Part shown: positions 37,053 to 48,472 of the stretch, piece by piece
Layout of the letters: every line of letters begins with the position of its first letter
How positions within the stretch are numbered: the stretch's first letter is position 1
NCBI GenBank assembly: GCA_905331295.1
Contig: CAJNYD010000035.1
Location: forward strand, 310,001-374,000
Direction: 5' to 3'
DNA length: 64,000 nt
DNA from: Rotaria socialis
Lineage: Eukaryota
Made by a program: the position numbers and the translations under genes
Notes under the pieces: generated by a model
Told to the model about the DNA's origin: nothing
Seen by the model: the letters and a program-made list of their open reading frames with translations, nothing else
The model's database searches: none

Positions 37053-39728
37053 TGATGTTTAAGCTTCAAAGATATTCGATAATGGAAGAATAGTCAAGAA
37101 AGAAAAAACAATTCAATACACGTGCATTCATCATCACTACCTCTCACGTTTGTTTGTTTTCTGTTGTCTGTATTCTGTTCTCTATATGCTATCGTTATCT
37201 TTCTCTCTCGTAAGCGTCCGAAAAAATTGTACTGAAATCACAAAAAAGATAGGATGTCACGAATAAATACAGCGAAATTTTAAAAAACAAAAGAAAAAAG
37301 ATAAAGTGATTAATATTACAATGAAGCTATTGACTTGTTTACTGAAGTAGCTAATTGTGTTTGCTTATTTGTTTGAATATCGTTTTGGCTTCAATCGATT
37401 GATCATTTCTACAAAAGAATAAAAGCCATTCATGACAGACAGATGCATTCATACATATGACAAAACCTACAATAATGATTTACNNNNNNNNNNNNNNNNN
37501 NNNNNNNNNNNNNNNNNNNNNNNNNNNNNNNNNNNNNNNNNNNNNNNNNNNNNNNNNNNNNNNNNNNNNNNNNNNNNNNNNNNCTATATAACTGGAATTC
37601 TCATAAGTTACATTAGCTGACAGATCGAGAGCTCCAAAAATCACTAATTTGACAATCACCAGAACGTTAGTAGCAAAATGATGATTTTCAGTCGGCTCTG
37701 CTGAGCTATAGAAAACTCGTGAAGAACTGAAATCTTTTGTGCATTTAGTATCATCTATGTTCTCACAATTGAGATAATTTTCGATACCTAAATGTATTCT
37801 TTTATTAGATATACCAGTGCATCAAATATCGCAAAAAGACTATTTTTGAAAAAAATATGGTAGTACTGAAGAATTTCTCTCCAGCTCACTCGATTGAACT
37901 GATTTTGTTTATCACAACTACACCAAGTTGATATACATCTACGGTGAAAATTTTATGACGAAATAACTTTCCTTTCGTGTGATGTGAATGTCTTTCTTAT
38001 ATAGGGCCAGTCGGTAGTGCCCTTAAAAAAATGTCGATATCTCACGAACTGAGTAATATTTCTCAAAGCGATTCCAATCAGAAGACGTAAAAATATTTTC
38101 TCTACCAGATGCATTAGTTCGAACGCACTTCATAAACTTTAATCGAGTAACTTCTGCAGAACTTCGATGAATTTACTCATTGGTAGAACATGTAAAAAGC
38201 AGCATTTTGTAATATTCATCAAATATTTCGTGTGCTTTTGAAACGCGGAATATTCTGCATCATCAGGATTGTAGAGCATGTGAGGCTCTATCAAATGTGA
38301 TGTGCCACCATCATCAGAAAACCGTCATTTTAAAGTAATTGCGAAAACAAAAATGCTGAAAATGGCACTTTTTTTGTATCGGTGCTTTTCATTCACAGGA
38401 TATTTCAGACATTTTCATGTTGACTACTGGCTCTATAATAAGCATGGTTCGATGTGCCTTTTCATGGGGAATCTGAATGTGGTTTTGGTTTTCATTTTTG
38501 ACTTTGCTTTAGTGTAAAAATCTGTAAAAAATTAGACGTAAAAGTTTTTTGAAAAAGTTTTTTTTGGTTTTTTCATGTTTCACTGGTTTTAGTATTTTGG
38601 ACATATCTCCGCCAGTTTAAAACTTTTTGGCGAATTTTTTTATCAAAGTTCTTAGAATTAAAAGCTCTACAGACCCTGAAAGTTTCAGGCGAATCGGTTT
38701 CCTGTTTTGTACGCGCGGTTGATTTCTGGTGGAATTACCCATATATATATAGAAGCTTAAAATGTCAAATAACTAAGCTATAATTCGTCAATATACTCAT
38801 AGATAATATTTTTTATTCTGAGATTAAAACCATTGTTTTAAATCATTTTTACTTTAGTATCTTCTTTCATAACAACTTCTGTTTATTTGGTTTTTGGTTT
38901 TAAGAAAAAAACTCATTCCTAATTTGTCTTCAATATCATACAGAGTAATTTGTCGATATGCTATCACAATATAGTTATGGCTTGTTAATAGTTATTAAAT
39001 AGCGAAGATAATGATGTTTCTCTCAGAATCAATTAAAACAATTTTTTTAAATTTTATATAACTATTACATTTTCTGATAGACATTAAGAAAACTATTGAA
39101 TTATTATCGTACTCTCCCCTCTTGTCTGTAGAACTTGTTACATAGTTTTAAATTTAGGACCAATTAGCTTGTGAAGATATCTGAATATTTTTCTATATGC
39201 TCTTCCATATTTTATCTCATCTTTTGACACATGATTGAGCATGATATTTACGAAATTCTTCATTTTTTTTTTTGATGATTGTGATCAGGCGCCCAACAGA
39301 AATGATCGGTGATTGTATAATTTTTATGACAAGAAAAAATATCGAAAATATCTATTGATGTTTCGAGTCGAATCATAGTTTTAATCATAAATAATCATTA
39401 TCGTGATTTATTTGTTTTCAAACAAAAACAATACAATAAATTGAGACCTAGTTGAAATTTTGACACCGTATTGTATAAGTATTCATTTATCTGATACACC
39501 AATGACATCTATCACGTGATGAAAATAGCATGTAAATCTCATTGGAAGAACATTATTGATGGGTAATTGAACACATCGAATATGCTTCTTCTCCTTGGAT
39601 CAGTTCAATAATAGATTAATCATATCATTCCAGATGAAACACAACGATGTAATCCAATAAATCGTATTCAATCGTCGAGACGGTTGACAAGTTTAGCAAC
39701 AACTGGCGATTCAGATACACTCTTTCCT

Positions 39729-40989
39729 ATGGCACCTCGTTTTCATCGGATTGTGCGTAAAACACGCCGCGATGGATCCGAGGTTAGCCCATGGATTAAG
39801 TATAGTATTAAATCTAAAATAAAATAAAAATATTAATATACTTTATCTTTTCAGGTATCTTATATTTGGTTTTAATATTCTGTTTTGGGTAAATATAGTA
39901 TAAGAATCTTGATTGTGTTTGTTTATTTACTCGTTTTCTATTGAAAGATTCTTGGCTTGATGATTACTGTCATCGGTATATATGCTTGGATTGAGAAAGA
40001 TGCATTTGATAATTTTGGTCGTTTAACAACGGGTGGAACATTATTATTTGATCCATCATTATTCTTTGTACTTGTTGGAGTTTTCATGTGCTTCATTGGA
40101 TTTGCTGGTTGTGTTGGATCACTAAGAGAAAATACTTGTCTACTCCTTTTTGTATGTAAAGAATTTTGTACTTACGAAAAAAAGAAGAATTTATTTTTCT
40201 TCTGAATTTTTTTTGTAGTTCAGTTTCTCTTTGGCAGTTATCTTTTTTTCACAACTGGCGTTTGGTACAATGGTATTTATTTATCGAGAAAAGGTTTTTA
40301 TAGTTGTTTCTATTTTAATAATTTAAATAAATTATATGTACAGGTTAAACGTGAAGGTGAAAAACAACTAATGATTATGATTCAAAGTTATCGTGATGAT
40401 CCAGATTTAAACAATATGATTGATTGGATTCAACGTAGTTGGCTTCATTGTTGTGGTGTAAATCATTATCGAAATTGGGAAAGTAATATTTACTTTAATT
40501 GTTCATCAAAATCTGTTGGAAGCATTGAAGCATGTGGTGTACCAGCTAGTTGTTGTCGTACAGAATATTTTCATGTGAGAAATATTTTTCTCTTGAAAAA
40601 CATCTATCTTATTTTATTTAATGTATTTCAGAACAATAAACATTGTGGATATGGAACATTAGAACCTTTGGCAGTAAGTTTCTCTTTTTCATCTGTTAAA
40701 GAATAAACTTTTTATTTTATAGGGAACACATATGATTTATACAGAAGGATGTCTACCGAAAGCATCACAATGGTTCGAAAGAAATATTGTATCTGTCGCT
40801 ATAATTATCGTTATTTTTGCTGTATTACAAGTGAGTAAATATGTTTTTGTTTTATTTCTCTATTAATTTTTATTTTCTTTACAGATTGTTAACATTTGCT
40901 TTGCACAAAATCTTCGTAATGATATTTTAGTTCAAAAAGCTAAATGGACATGGCATACGCATCCATTGATGAATTATCATCGATATTAG
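39729..40989 (+). CDS. Tetraspanin, TspanC8 subgroup (TSPAN5/14/17/33-like); may extend further 5'
   Basis: EVSPWIK|YLIFGFNILFW, GFAGCVGSLRENTCLL, YRDDPDLNNMIDWIQ, CCG, WESNIYFNCS, EACGVPASCC, IYTEGC; TAG 40987-40989. Confidence 0.92.
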
Positions 40990-41209
40990 ATTAGACTTGT
41001 TTTCTTTTCTCGCATTTCTCAGGAAAGTCTATTGCGAAAAGAAGATGAACTATTGTAACTGTGCGAGTGTGTGCGTGTCTTTCATTGTTTTTTGTTGTTG
41101 TTTTCTAATATGTTTGTATAATAGAATGAATCGAAAAAATCTTTTGAATTTTGAAAATATTTCTATGCAAAATAAATTAAGTTGACTTTGTTGCAGATTA
41201 ACAGAAAGA

Positions 41210-41794
41210 ATGGAACCAATTAAACATACTTTAAACGAAGCAGGAAAACTAGTACAACAAGCTGCACATAGTGTAGCTGAAGTTTTTCATACTGCTGAAA
41301 CTACAACGGACAATGTACGTTGTGCATTTTTTTTGCTGTTATTCAATTTTTCATGCGTTGTTTATTTTTCTCCTTAGGATGGGAATAAAGAAAAGCATGC
41401 AAACGCTCAAAAAAGTGATATAAAAATATCTCGCGCCTATGAAGATAAGCCACAAGAAGTATGTTTAAACTTTCAAAAGAATAAAATAAAAGATTTGAGA
41501 AGAGGAATTCGTTTTTTTTGTTTTTAGAGTGATGCAAAAGTATTAGCAACATCATGGCCAGATTTAAAAGGTAAAACACGTCAAGAAGCAGAAGAATTGA
41601 TTAAAGCAAAAGGTATGATTTAGAGATATTTTCAAAGAAAATTCATTATCTATTCGTGGTTTTTCAATTAAGGCTTCTCGAATGTAAAAATCTTGAAAAA
41701 AGGCACTTCGTCAACAACTGAACATGATGAGTCACGTGTAATTTTATTTGTTGATGATAATGATATTGTTGTTGAAGAACCTAAAGTTGGTTAA
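41210..41794 (+). CDS. Potato inhibitor I family (MEROPS I13, eglin/CI-2-like) protease inhibitor with an N-terminal extension, four exons
   Basis: Spliced C-terminus TSWPDLKGKTRQEAEELIKAKG|FSNVKILKKGTSSTTEHDESRVILFVDDNDIVVEEPKVG* matches the family pattern SWPEL-G...A...I...RV-LFVD...V...P-VG; missed by the ORF track because exons are short. Confidence 0.85.
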
Positions 41795-43562
41795 TTCATC
41801 AAAGAAAAACAATCCAATTATGCAATATTAAGCGAACTCTTTTTATAACGATAGGTGTGCACTTATTATTCTCGCCTGCTAGCGATTAAATTTTTTTTAA
41901 ATAAACTTCATCATATTTAAATTATTATATCGAAAAGAGTTTTTCTTTTGTATTCATTCATAGTTTTCATGCAAATAACATGATTGTATCTTAGTATTCC
42001 AACAACATGAAGAGAGATCGCAAACCAACGTATAGATAAGAAAAATAGGAATAGCTAATGAAAATATGAAAATAGCTTTGCTATATTGAGAAGAAAGATA
42101 TAATTTAGGAGCCATCTGGAGATGTTATTTGTTGTAGCCCGTTCTTCTATATGTTTTATTTTATAGGTTTCTTTGTGTAGTAAGCATCGTTCATAGCTCT
42201 TCTGCATGGAACAGATGGTTATGAGTTTATTATTAGATTTCATTATTGATCTTGATAACTATTTTAATATCATAGTACTGATTTGAATTAAGATCTATAA
42301 TCAATATGAAAAGAATATTTGAGTCAATTTTTTATTTTTCAATGTCAACTAATCAGAATAAACAATTCGACAAATGATTTTTACTTCCAAATAAAATAAT
42401 CGTTGTTTGTTCATCATAAAAATACGTTCAGTTCTGGTTTAGCATTACAATACGTATTAAGTAACAAAAGAAAGGACACCTAGTGTTGTATATTGATTAA
42501 AAGATAAAGATAATTCTTCTGTTACATATATATTCTTTTTTGTACAAGCATACAATTCAATCTGATAAGAAATTCTTTAGCTTGACACCAATTTTTAATA
42601 AAATAATTGAAAAGCACGAATGGTTGGTCTGTCATATTATTTGTAAATGAATAATATATATATTCAAGAGATAGTATGTCTACTGAAAAAATATGTATGT
42701 ATTCTATCGAAGATAACTATTCATTAATTTAACTACATATGTATCTTTTTAATATAATGTATAGATGCTCAGTTGCATCATTGTATCTTATTTTACTGAT
42801 TAAAGGCGAAACTGTTCTATCCGAATGCACTGAAGCTGAGAAGTAAAAGTAGATACAAAGTATTTTGCGATACATAGGTAACAATATAGTATCATATCAG
42901 CAATCGAAAGATCAATTCTATTCAATGAGTAGCCTTTAAAATCATCGCCGTCAAATCGGCGAAGAAATGTTTTCGTTTCTATCCTACTACTCTATTGAAT
43001 AATGAATAAAAATTAAAATAAACTACAATACTTTGAATAAAAAACATTAAAACATTTCATTGAATATTATTTATTTATTTTTTAAATATTCTCTGTATCA
43101 ATTGCAATGAAATTTCAGTGATCATGTTTCATCTGTATTAGACGAAATAATTTTAGTTACTGCAGCCAAAGAATATTCTCTCCATCGAGGAAAATGAAGA
43201 AACGAAAAAACCTAAATGAGAAACTCGATGAACATAGATTCTTATCGCTTGATGATCAAAATTGAAACAAGTTCAAGTTTCAATTTTTCGTTTGTCTATT
43301 TCCATTAACTGAGAAGAGACAAACAAATAAACAAACAAACAAAGTTAATCATATAAACAAAAATATGGCTATTTCAATAGATTCATGCTCGAGTAATTGG
43401 TATTTTTCTTTTTTTTTATTATCGTGCAATAATAATATATTATTATAATTACAAGTACAATCATTATCGAATGCACGTGCATATACATAAACTTTTTGTT
43501 TACGAAAGCAAACTTTTAAGTAATGAATGCTATTATTATTTACAGAAAAAAAAGTTGTTTCT

Positions 43563-46088
43563 TTAAGAGTTAATATGTTCAACTATTGATTGATTTGGAG
43601 AATTTGTTAACAGATATTCATCACTAAGTGTACCATCAGAGAATAAATTCAAAGATCGACCCGATGTTTTATCAAATATCCAATGGGTTACTTGAAGACC
43701 ATCAAAATCATAAACAGGATTATTTTGATGATACTTAACCGGTTGTTTATTTTGAAACGCTTGAATAGGCCAACGTCGATCATCACCATAGATATGTCGT
43801 AATGCAATTCGTCGGATTCCAAGTTGTTTAGCAATCTGTAAATATTCTTCAATTTGATAAACATTGTCTTCGGTTAATACACATGAAAGTTTAATTGGAA
43901 CATTGGATGCTTCTCTTAAAATAGCTTTTAAATTTGGCATTTGCTTAACACCATGAAGTTTGTAATAAGTTGTAGGATGAAAAGAATTTACAGATATAGT
44001 ACATGAATCGTACATACGAAATGTTTTCATTTTTGGTATTGCTAATAAACCATTTGTATGTAATGATATATGAACATTTGGCAAATCTTGACGTAAACGG
44101 TTTACTAATTTCTCTTCATATTTATAAAGTTGAGGATCAGTTCTTGTACCTGTTAAAATTATTTTTGATGTTTGAGTTTTTTTCATCAAAGAAATAAATT
44201 CATCCAGATTTTCAAGTGTTTCTTTACGTAAATTATTTGGAGTTTCTAATAATTGATGTCCAATACAAAATGGACACTTTTGATTACATGATCCAGAAAA
44301 TAAAATATTGCCAAATTCAAATGGTTTGGATGTATCAACACGCGCTAATGATGAAAATGAACGACGAATTTGATTCAGCGACTGTTGACTTTGTTGTAAA
44401 GTAAGTGTCGAAGTTGTTAATGACGCTGGCGGTTTAGGCTCTGGTACATTTGTTGCTGCTGCTCGACGACGAACTGGTATTGTTGTATCTGGGATTGGTT
44501 GAAATGGACTTTGACCTTCTTTTAATGCTTGAACAGGATCTACTAGAAATTGTTCTCCACCTTGTAAATGTAAAATATGATTTTTCACGGCTGGTGAATA
44601 AAACAGAGCTACAACACCACCGAAACATTGTTTACCAAGACTTGTCATTTGTAAGCGTTGTTCGTCTTGATTGTATATCATTAAGCCATGATCTGTAACG
44701 AATTTAAATTCAGTAGGAAATAATTCTTGTAACGACGTCTTAAAACAATCTTCAAATGCAATAAGATCAATACCACCATAGTAGAAACTAACTGATGCCA
44801 TTTTAGCAATAGCTGCTTCTCGTGATAGATGATAAAGATCTTGAACTGGAATACGATTTAATTCGACACTACGAATATATTGTTGTAATTTCTTAGTAAC
44901 AGCACCTAAATTATACGATAATGTATGGTGACTGAATGATTGGGCACCAAGACCAATACCGATATAGGGTATAGCTTTTCTAACACGTTTATCCAAATAA
45001 TCAGAACATCCAGAATTACCTTGAACACGAGAAAATGTATTTTTTCCTGTTAATCCAATGTAATTAGATTGATTTAATAATTGTCTTGATTGACCTTCTT
45101 GACGATTAATTTGATCGAGTTTAACACGATCAGCTAAATGTGCCATCAATGTACCTTTATATCTCATACGATATAAAGTTATATGTTCAGGTTGAAGATC
45201 AATTGTATCTTGAACAGTTTTTAACCATGGGTCATCGGTACGTGATGCACGTAATGGAAATCCATACATTAAATCAATGTTAAAACTTTTAAAACCTGCA
45301 TTACGAATATTTGTCACTGCTTGATAGATATAATCTGTCGATGCATTAGCATCATCACGATTCATGTCTTTTGCTTGACGAAAATCTGTTGTTTGTAAAC
45401 CCATTGATATACGACGAATACCCATATCGTAATATGCTTTCATTTTTTCAGGTTCGGCTGCAGCTATCTTTGGTGTTGTCTCAATGGATACTTCAGTTAG
45501 ATTCCAATTAGTTTGAAATTTCGATTCAACATGTTTCATTAATTTTTGAATATGTTCTATTTTAGCCATAGATGGTGTTCCACCACCAATATCAAATCCG
45601 ACTAGTTTTTTTGCTTTTGTATTTAATAAATTTGCATACATATCTAATTCGGTGTATAGTGCAGAGAAATAATTTGTTTGTATATCAACATTTTTGCCTT
45701 GTTTTGGATTGACAACTGTATATTCACAAAATTGACAGCGTGTTTGACAAAAAGGCACATGAGCATAGAGCATCATCTCTGGTAATGAACCGTAAGCTCC
45801 ATAATAGGCTGCTTGAATATCTTGTTGATCTCGAAGTCTTTTTACTCGATAAGGTCGAATAGTAGTGTTGTGAGCGATTGGAAATGCTGTATTACATATA
45901 TGATGATGTCGCATTCCTGCACGGAAAACATCGTCAGCTGCGTACTGTTTTTGATCGTCTTCAGTTGGTTGTTGCCATGTAAATGAAGAGGATTCTGTAG
46001 ATATAGACAATGAATGAAACTTTAAAGTAGAGATTGCTGTTGATTTAAGGAACCGATGTGAAAGATGGTGACCCGCAGTTGATAACAT
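43563..46088 (-). CDS. Intronless tandem radical SAM protein: HemN/HemW-like domain fused to a second radical SAM domain, 841 aa
   Basis: Domain 1: YAHVPFCQTRCQFC, DIGGGTPS, RISMGLQT, NIDLMYGFP, YIGIGLGAQS. Pro/Thr/Gln-rich linker. Domain 2: NILFSGSCNQKCPFCIG, LTGTRTDP, SLHTNGLL, ISVNSF. Two CxxxCxxC motifs. Confidence 0.92.
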   Translation of the reverse strand: MLSTAGHHLSHRFLKSTAISTLKFHSLSISTESSSFTWQQPTEDDQKQYAADDVFRAGMRHHHICNTAFPIAHNTTIRPYRVKRLRDQQDIQAAYYGAYGSLPEMMLYAHVPFCQTRCQFCEYTVVNPKQGKNVDIQTNYFSALYTELDMYANLLNTKAKKLVGFDIGGGTPSMAKIEHIQKLMKHVESKFQTNWNLTEVSIETTPKIAAAEPEKMKAYYDMGIRRISMGLQTTDFRQAKDMNRDDANASTDYIYQAVTNIRNAGFKSFNIDLMYGFPLRASRTDDPWLKTVQDTIDLQPEHITLYRMRYKGTLMAHLADRVKLDQINRQEGQSRQLLNQSNYIGLTGKNTFSRVQGNSGCSDYLDKRVRKAIPYIGIGLGAQSFSHHTLSYNLGAVTKKLQQYIRSVELNRIPVQDLYHLSREAAIAKMASVSFYYGGIDLIAFEDCFKTSLQELFPTEFKFVTDHGLMIYNQDEQRLQMTSLGKQCFGGVVALFYSPAVKNHILHLQGGEQFLVDPVQALKEGQSPFQPIPDTTIPVRRRAAATNVPEPKPPASLTTSTLTLQQSQQSLNQIRRSFSSLARVDTSKPFEFGNILFSGSCNQKCPFCIGHQLLETPNNLRKETLENLDEFISLMKKTQTSKIILTGTRTDPQLYKYEEKLVNRLRQDLPNVHISLHTNGLLAIPKMKTFRMYDSCTISVNSFHPTTYYKLHGVKQMPNLKAILREASNVPIKLSCVLTEDNVYQIEEYLQIAKQLGIRRIALRHIYGDDRRWPIQAFQNKQPVKYHQNNPVYDFDGLQVTHWIFDKTSGRSLNLFSDGTLSDEYLLTNSPNQSIVEHINS

Positions 46089-47169
46089 TTTTCAAAATTC
46101 GCTGTGTATTGAGCTGTTGCTTAGATTTTTATACCATAGAAAGTGTAATGGTGACGTGGGTATATTACACTTGAATGCTATTGCGCAATTGTGACTCAAT
46201 ATTCTCCTTGTGAAAGAAATACGTATCCGATCTGATTTAATTTAGACTACTAGAAGAAAAAGCAGAATTATATAGCGATGCTTTTACGTTGTGCAATAAC
46301 TTTGCCAACGTGTTATTCTAGTGATTCACCGTTAGTCATGAACCATACGACAGTTATCATTGAGTCACATATAAAATCAATGCTTTTGCTTTTTTTTTGG
46401 GGTCGAAGAAATGTACTATGTTATATTTCATCGATTACTGTCAATGTCAATATTTTCGTGCGCTCTCGGATAAATCCCATGATATTCAAGGCCAAGTGCA
46501 AAAGTAATAGTATGTGAGTCAATGAATTTGATTCTCTCAAATATCTATCGTTAGAAATTCATACATCGCAGCGCTTGTCAGGATTCCAGCGGAAAAATTA
46601 TTTGCGAAGGACGTTCTCCTCGGGATTTATCAGGACACTGCGATGCATGGTTGGAGTTCTCAATTTTTAATAGATTTTTTATTTCATAATAATAATATTT
46701 TTTATCTGTGAACTTTGATCAATTTATCTATCTATAAATATTTCATTTGACTGCTAGCATGCAGATTATGTCAGTCGTACCATGATACTCAAGAGAAAAA
46801 GACGTTTTCGCTTTTCTCGGCTCTACTTTTTATTTCATTATGTACTTAATCATTGCTGATTTTTGAAGTAAAATTTGTTTCTCACTTTATTTAAAAAAAG
46901 ACGCACGACGCTTATCGCGATATATATTATATATACTAATGTCATACTGATTACATGGACGGAGAGTCACAACAATAAACTTTTTCTTCGCTTTTATTTT
47001 CATCAGTAAAACTAATTCACGCACAGATTAATCGATATAATACGATCGTTTGATCATATATTAAATCCTACATCTTTTTATACGACTACAAATATTGTCA
47101 GAGTTTTCCATTCATCATGTCAACATTTAATAGTTAACGAATGAGTCACATTTTCAGGAGAAATCGAAC

Positions 47170-48472
47170 GATTTACTATGAAAACGCCGAAAGAAAAAAG
47201 TATCGAAAGAAAAAACGTCGAAAAAATACCGAAAAAAATAAATGTCGAAGGAAAAAATGTTGAACAAAAAACATCGAAATAAAAAAAGATCGAATGAAAA
47301 AAACGTCGAATCAATGAAAAATTATATTAGATGTAAAATATAAAATATTTATTTTATTTCATAGAAAAAAAAAGAACAATACGTTCATTGATCAGGACAA
47401 ATGGTTATACAAAAATGAATCATTTGGTATGTCCATATGTACGCCCTTAGAATAAAGTTTATGCTTTTTTCGCGATGAACATTGATAAGTTATCGAACAA
47501 TTGCTCAACATCAACATCGTTGTTGTTGTAAAATCCCGTACGATTATCAATACGTTTTTTAAATATCATTAGTACAAATTGAAATTGGTCGACGTTTAGC
47601 ACCTGAACTGATTTGCACATATAAGTGTTGAAATCGGCTTTCTTCACTAGCAATGCATCTGATGAATGGGTTCCGTATAGGTGCTAAACGTCGATCAAGT
47701 TCAAGTTTTACTAATTGTATTCAAAAACGTATCGATACTCTTGTGGCACGTTACAACAACAACGACGTCGACATTGAGCAATTTTTGGATGATTTATCAT
47801 TGCTCATCGCGACAACAACTTGAACTTTATATTAATCACGTATACGTCTGGACCTAGAAATGTGCAGTTTTAGTTTACTGATAACTGAGATTACCGAGAT
47901 ACTGAGCACTGAGTACTGGCTGTACTGCACTGGCACTGGAACTCAACCGACACAGAACATCACTAAGTCACCTGTTCATGAAGAATATGTAAATGCATAA
48001 CTACAGCGCAACTGCAGCACATCAGTGTTGCTCGGTGCCCAAGCGGACAAACTTTTTCAAAAACGCGTTTAAACACTCAATCGGGAACCGCGATTGTGGG
48101 CCATTAACGTTCATTAATGAAACGCAAGAAACTCGTTTTTTACGCAGAATTCTCACTTTCCGAACGTGAAAACGAATAAAAACTCCAATTCCGAGCGTTT
48201 AACTGCACAANATATCGAATGATTCATTTTTGTATAACCATTTGCCCTGATCAATGAACATATTGTCCTTTTTTTTCAATGAAATAGAATAAATATTTAA
48301 TATTTTACATCTAATATAATTTTTCATTGATTTGACATTTTTTTCATTCGGTCTTCTTTTATTTCGATGTTTTTTGTTCAACATTTTTTCCTTCGACATT
48401 TATTTTTTTCGGTATTTTTTTCGGCGTTTTTTCTTTCGGCATTTTTTTCTTTCGGCGTTTTCAATACATACC
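47170..48472. mobile_element. Non-autonomous long-TIR (Mutator-like) element with foldback internal structure
   Basis: ~250-bp inverted repeats (47170-47425 versus 48212-48472) built of GCCGAAAGAAAAAA-like units; flanking direct repeat AATCGAAC at 47162-47169 and 48473-48480; internal inverted homologous segments ~47450-47605 / ~47679-47830. Confidence 0.75.

Noticed and set aside
37584..38740. Transposon-like sequence ending GGAATTACCC before a TA run
   Set aside because: Probably a DNA-transposon end, but the other terminus would lie in or beyond the N gap, so TIR and TSD cannot be verified.
44003..44698. Short ORFs overlapping the radical SAM gene
   Set aside because: Antisense or alternate-frame shadows with no motifs; the same applies to most 60-90-aa AT-rich ORFs in the track.
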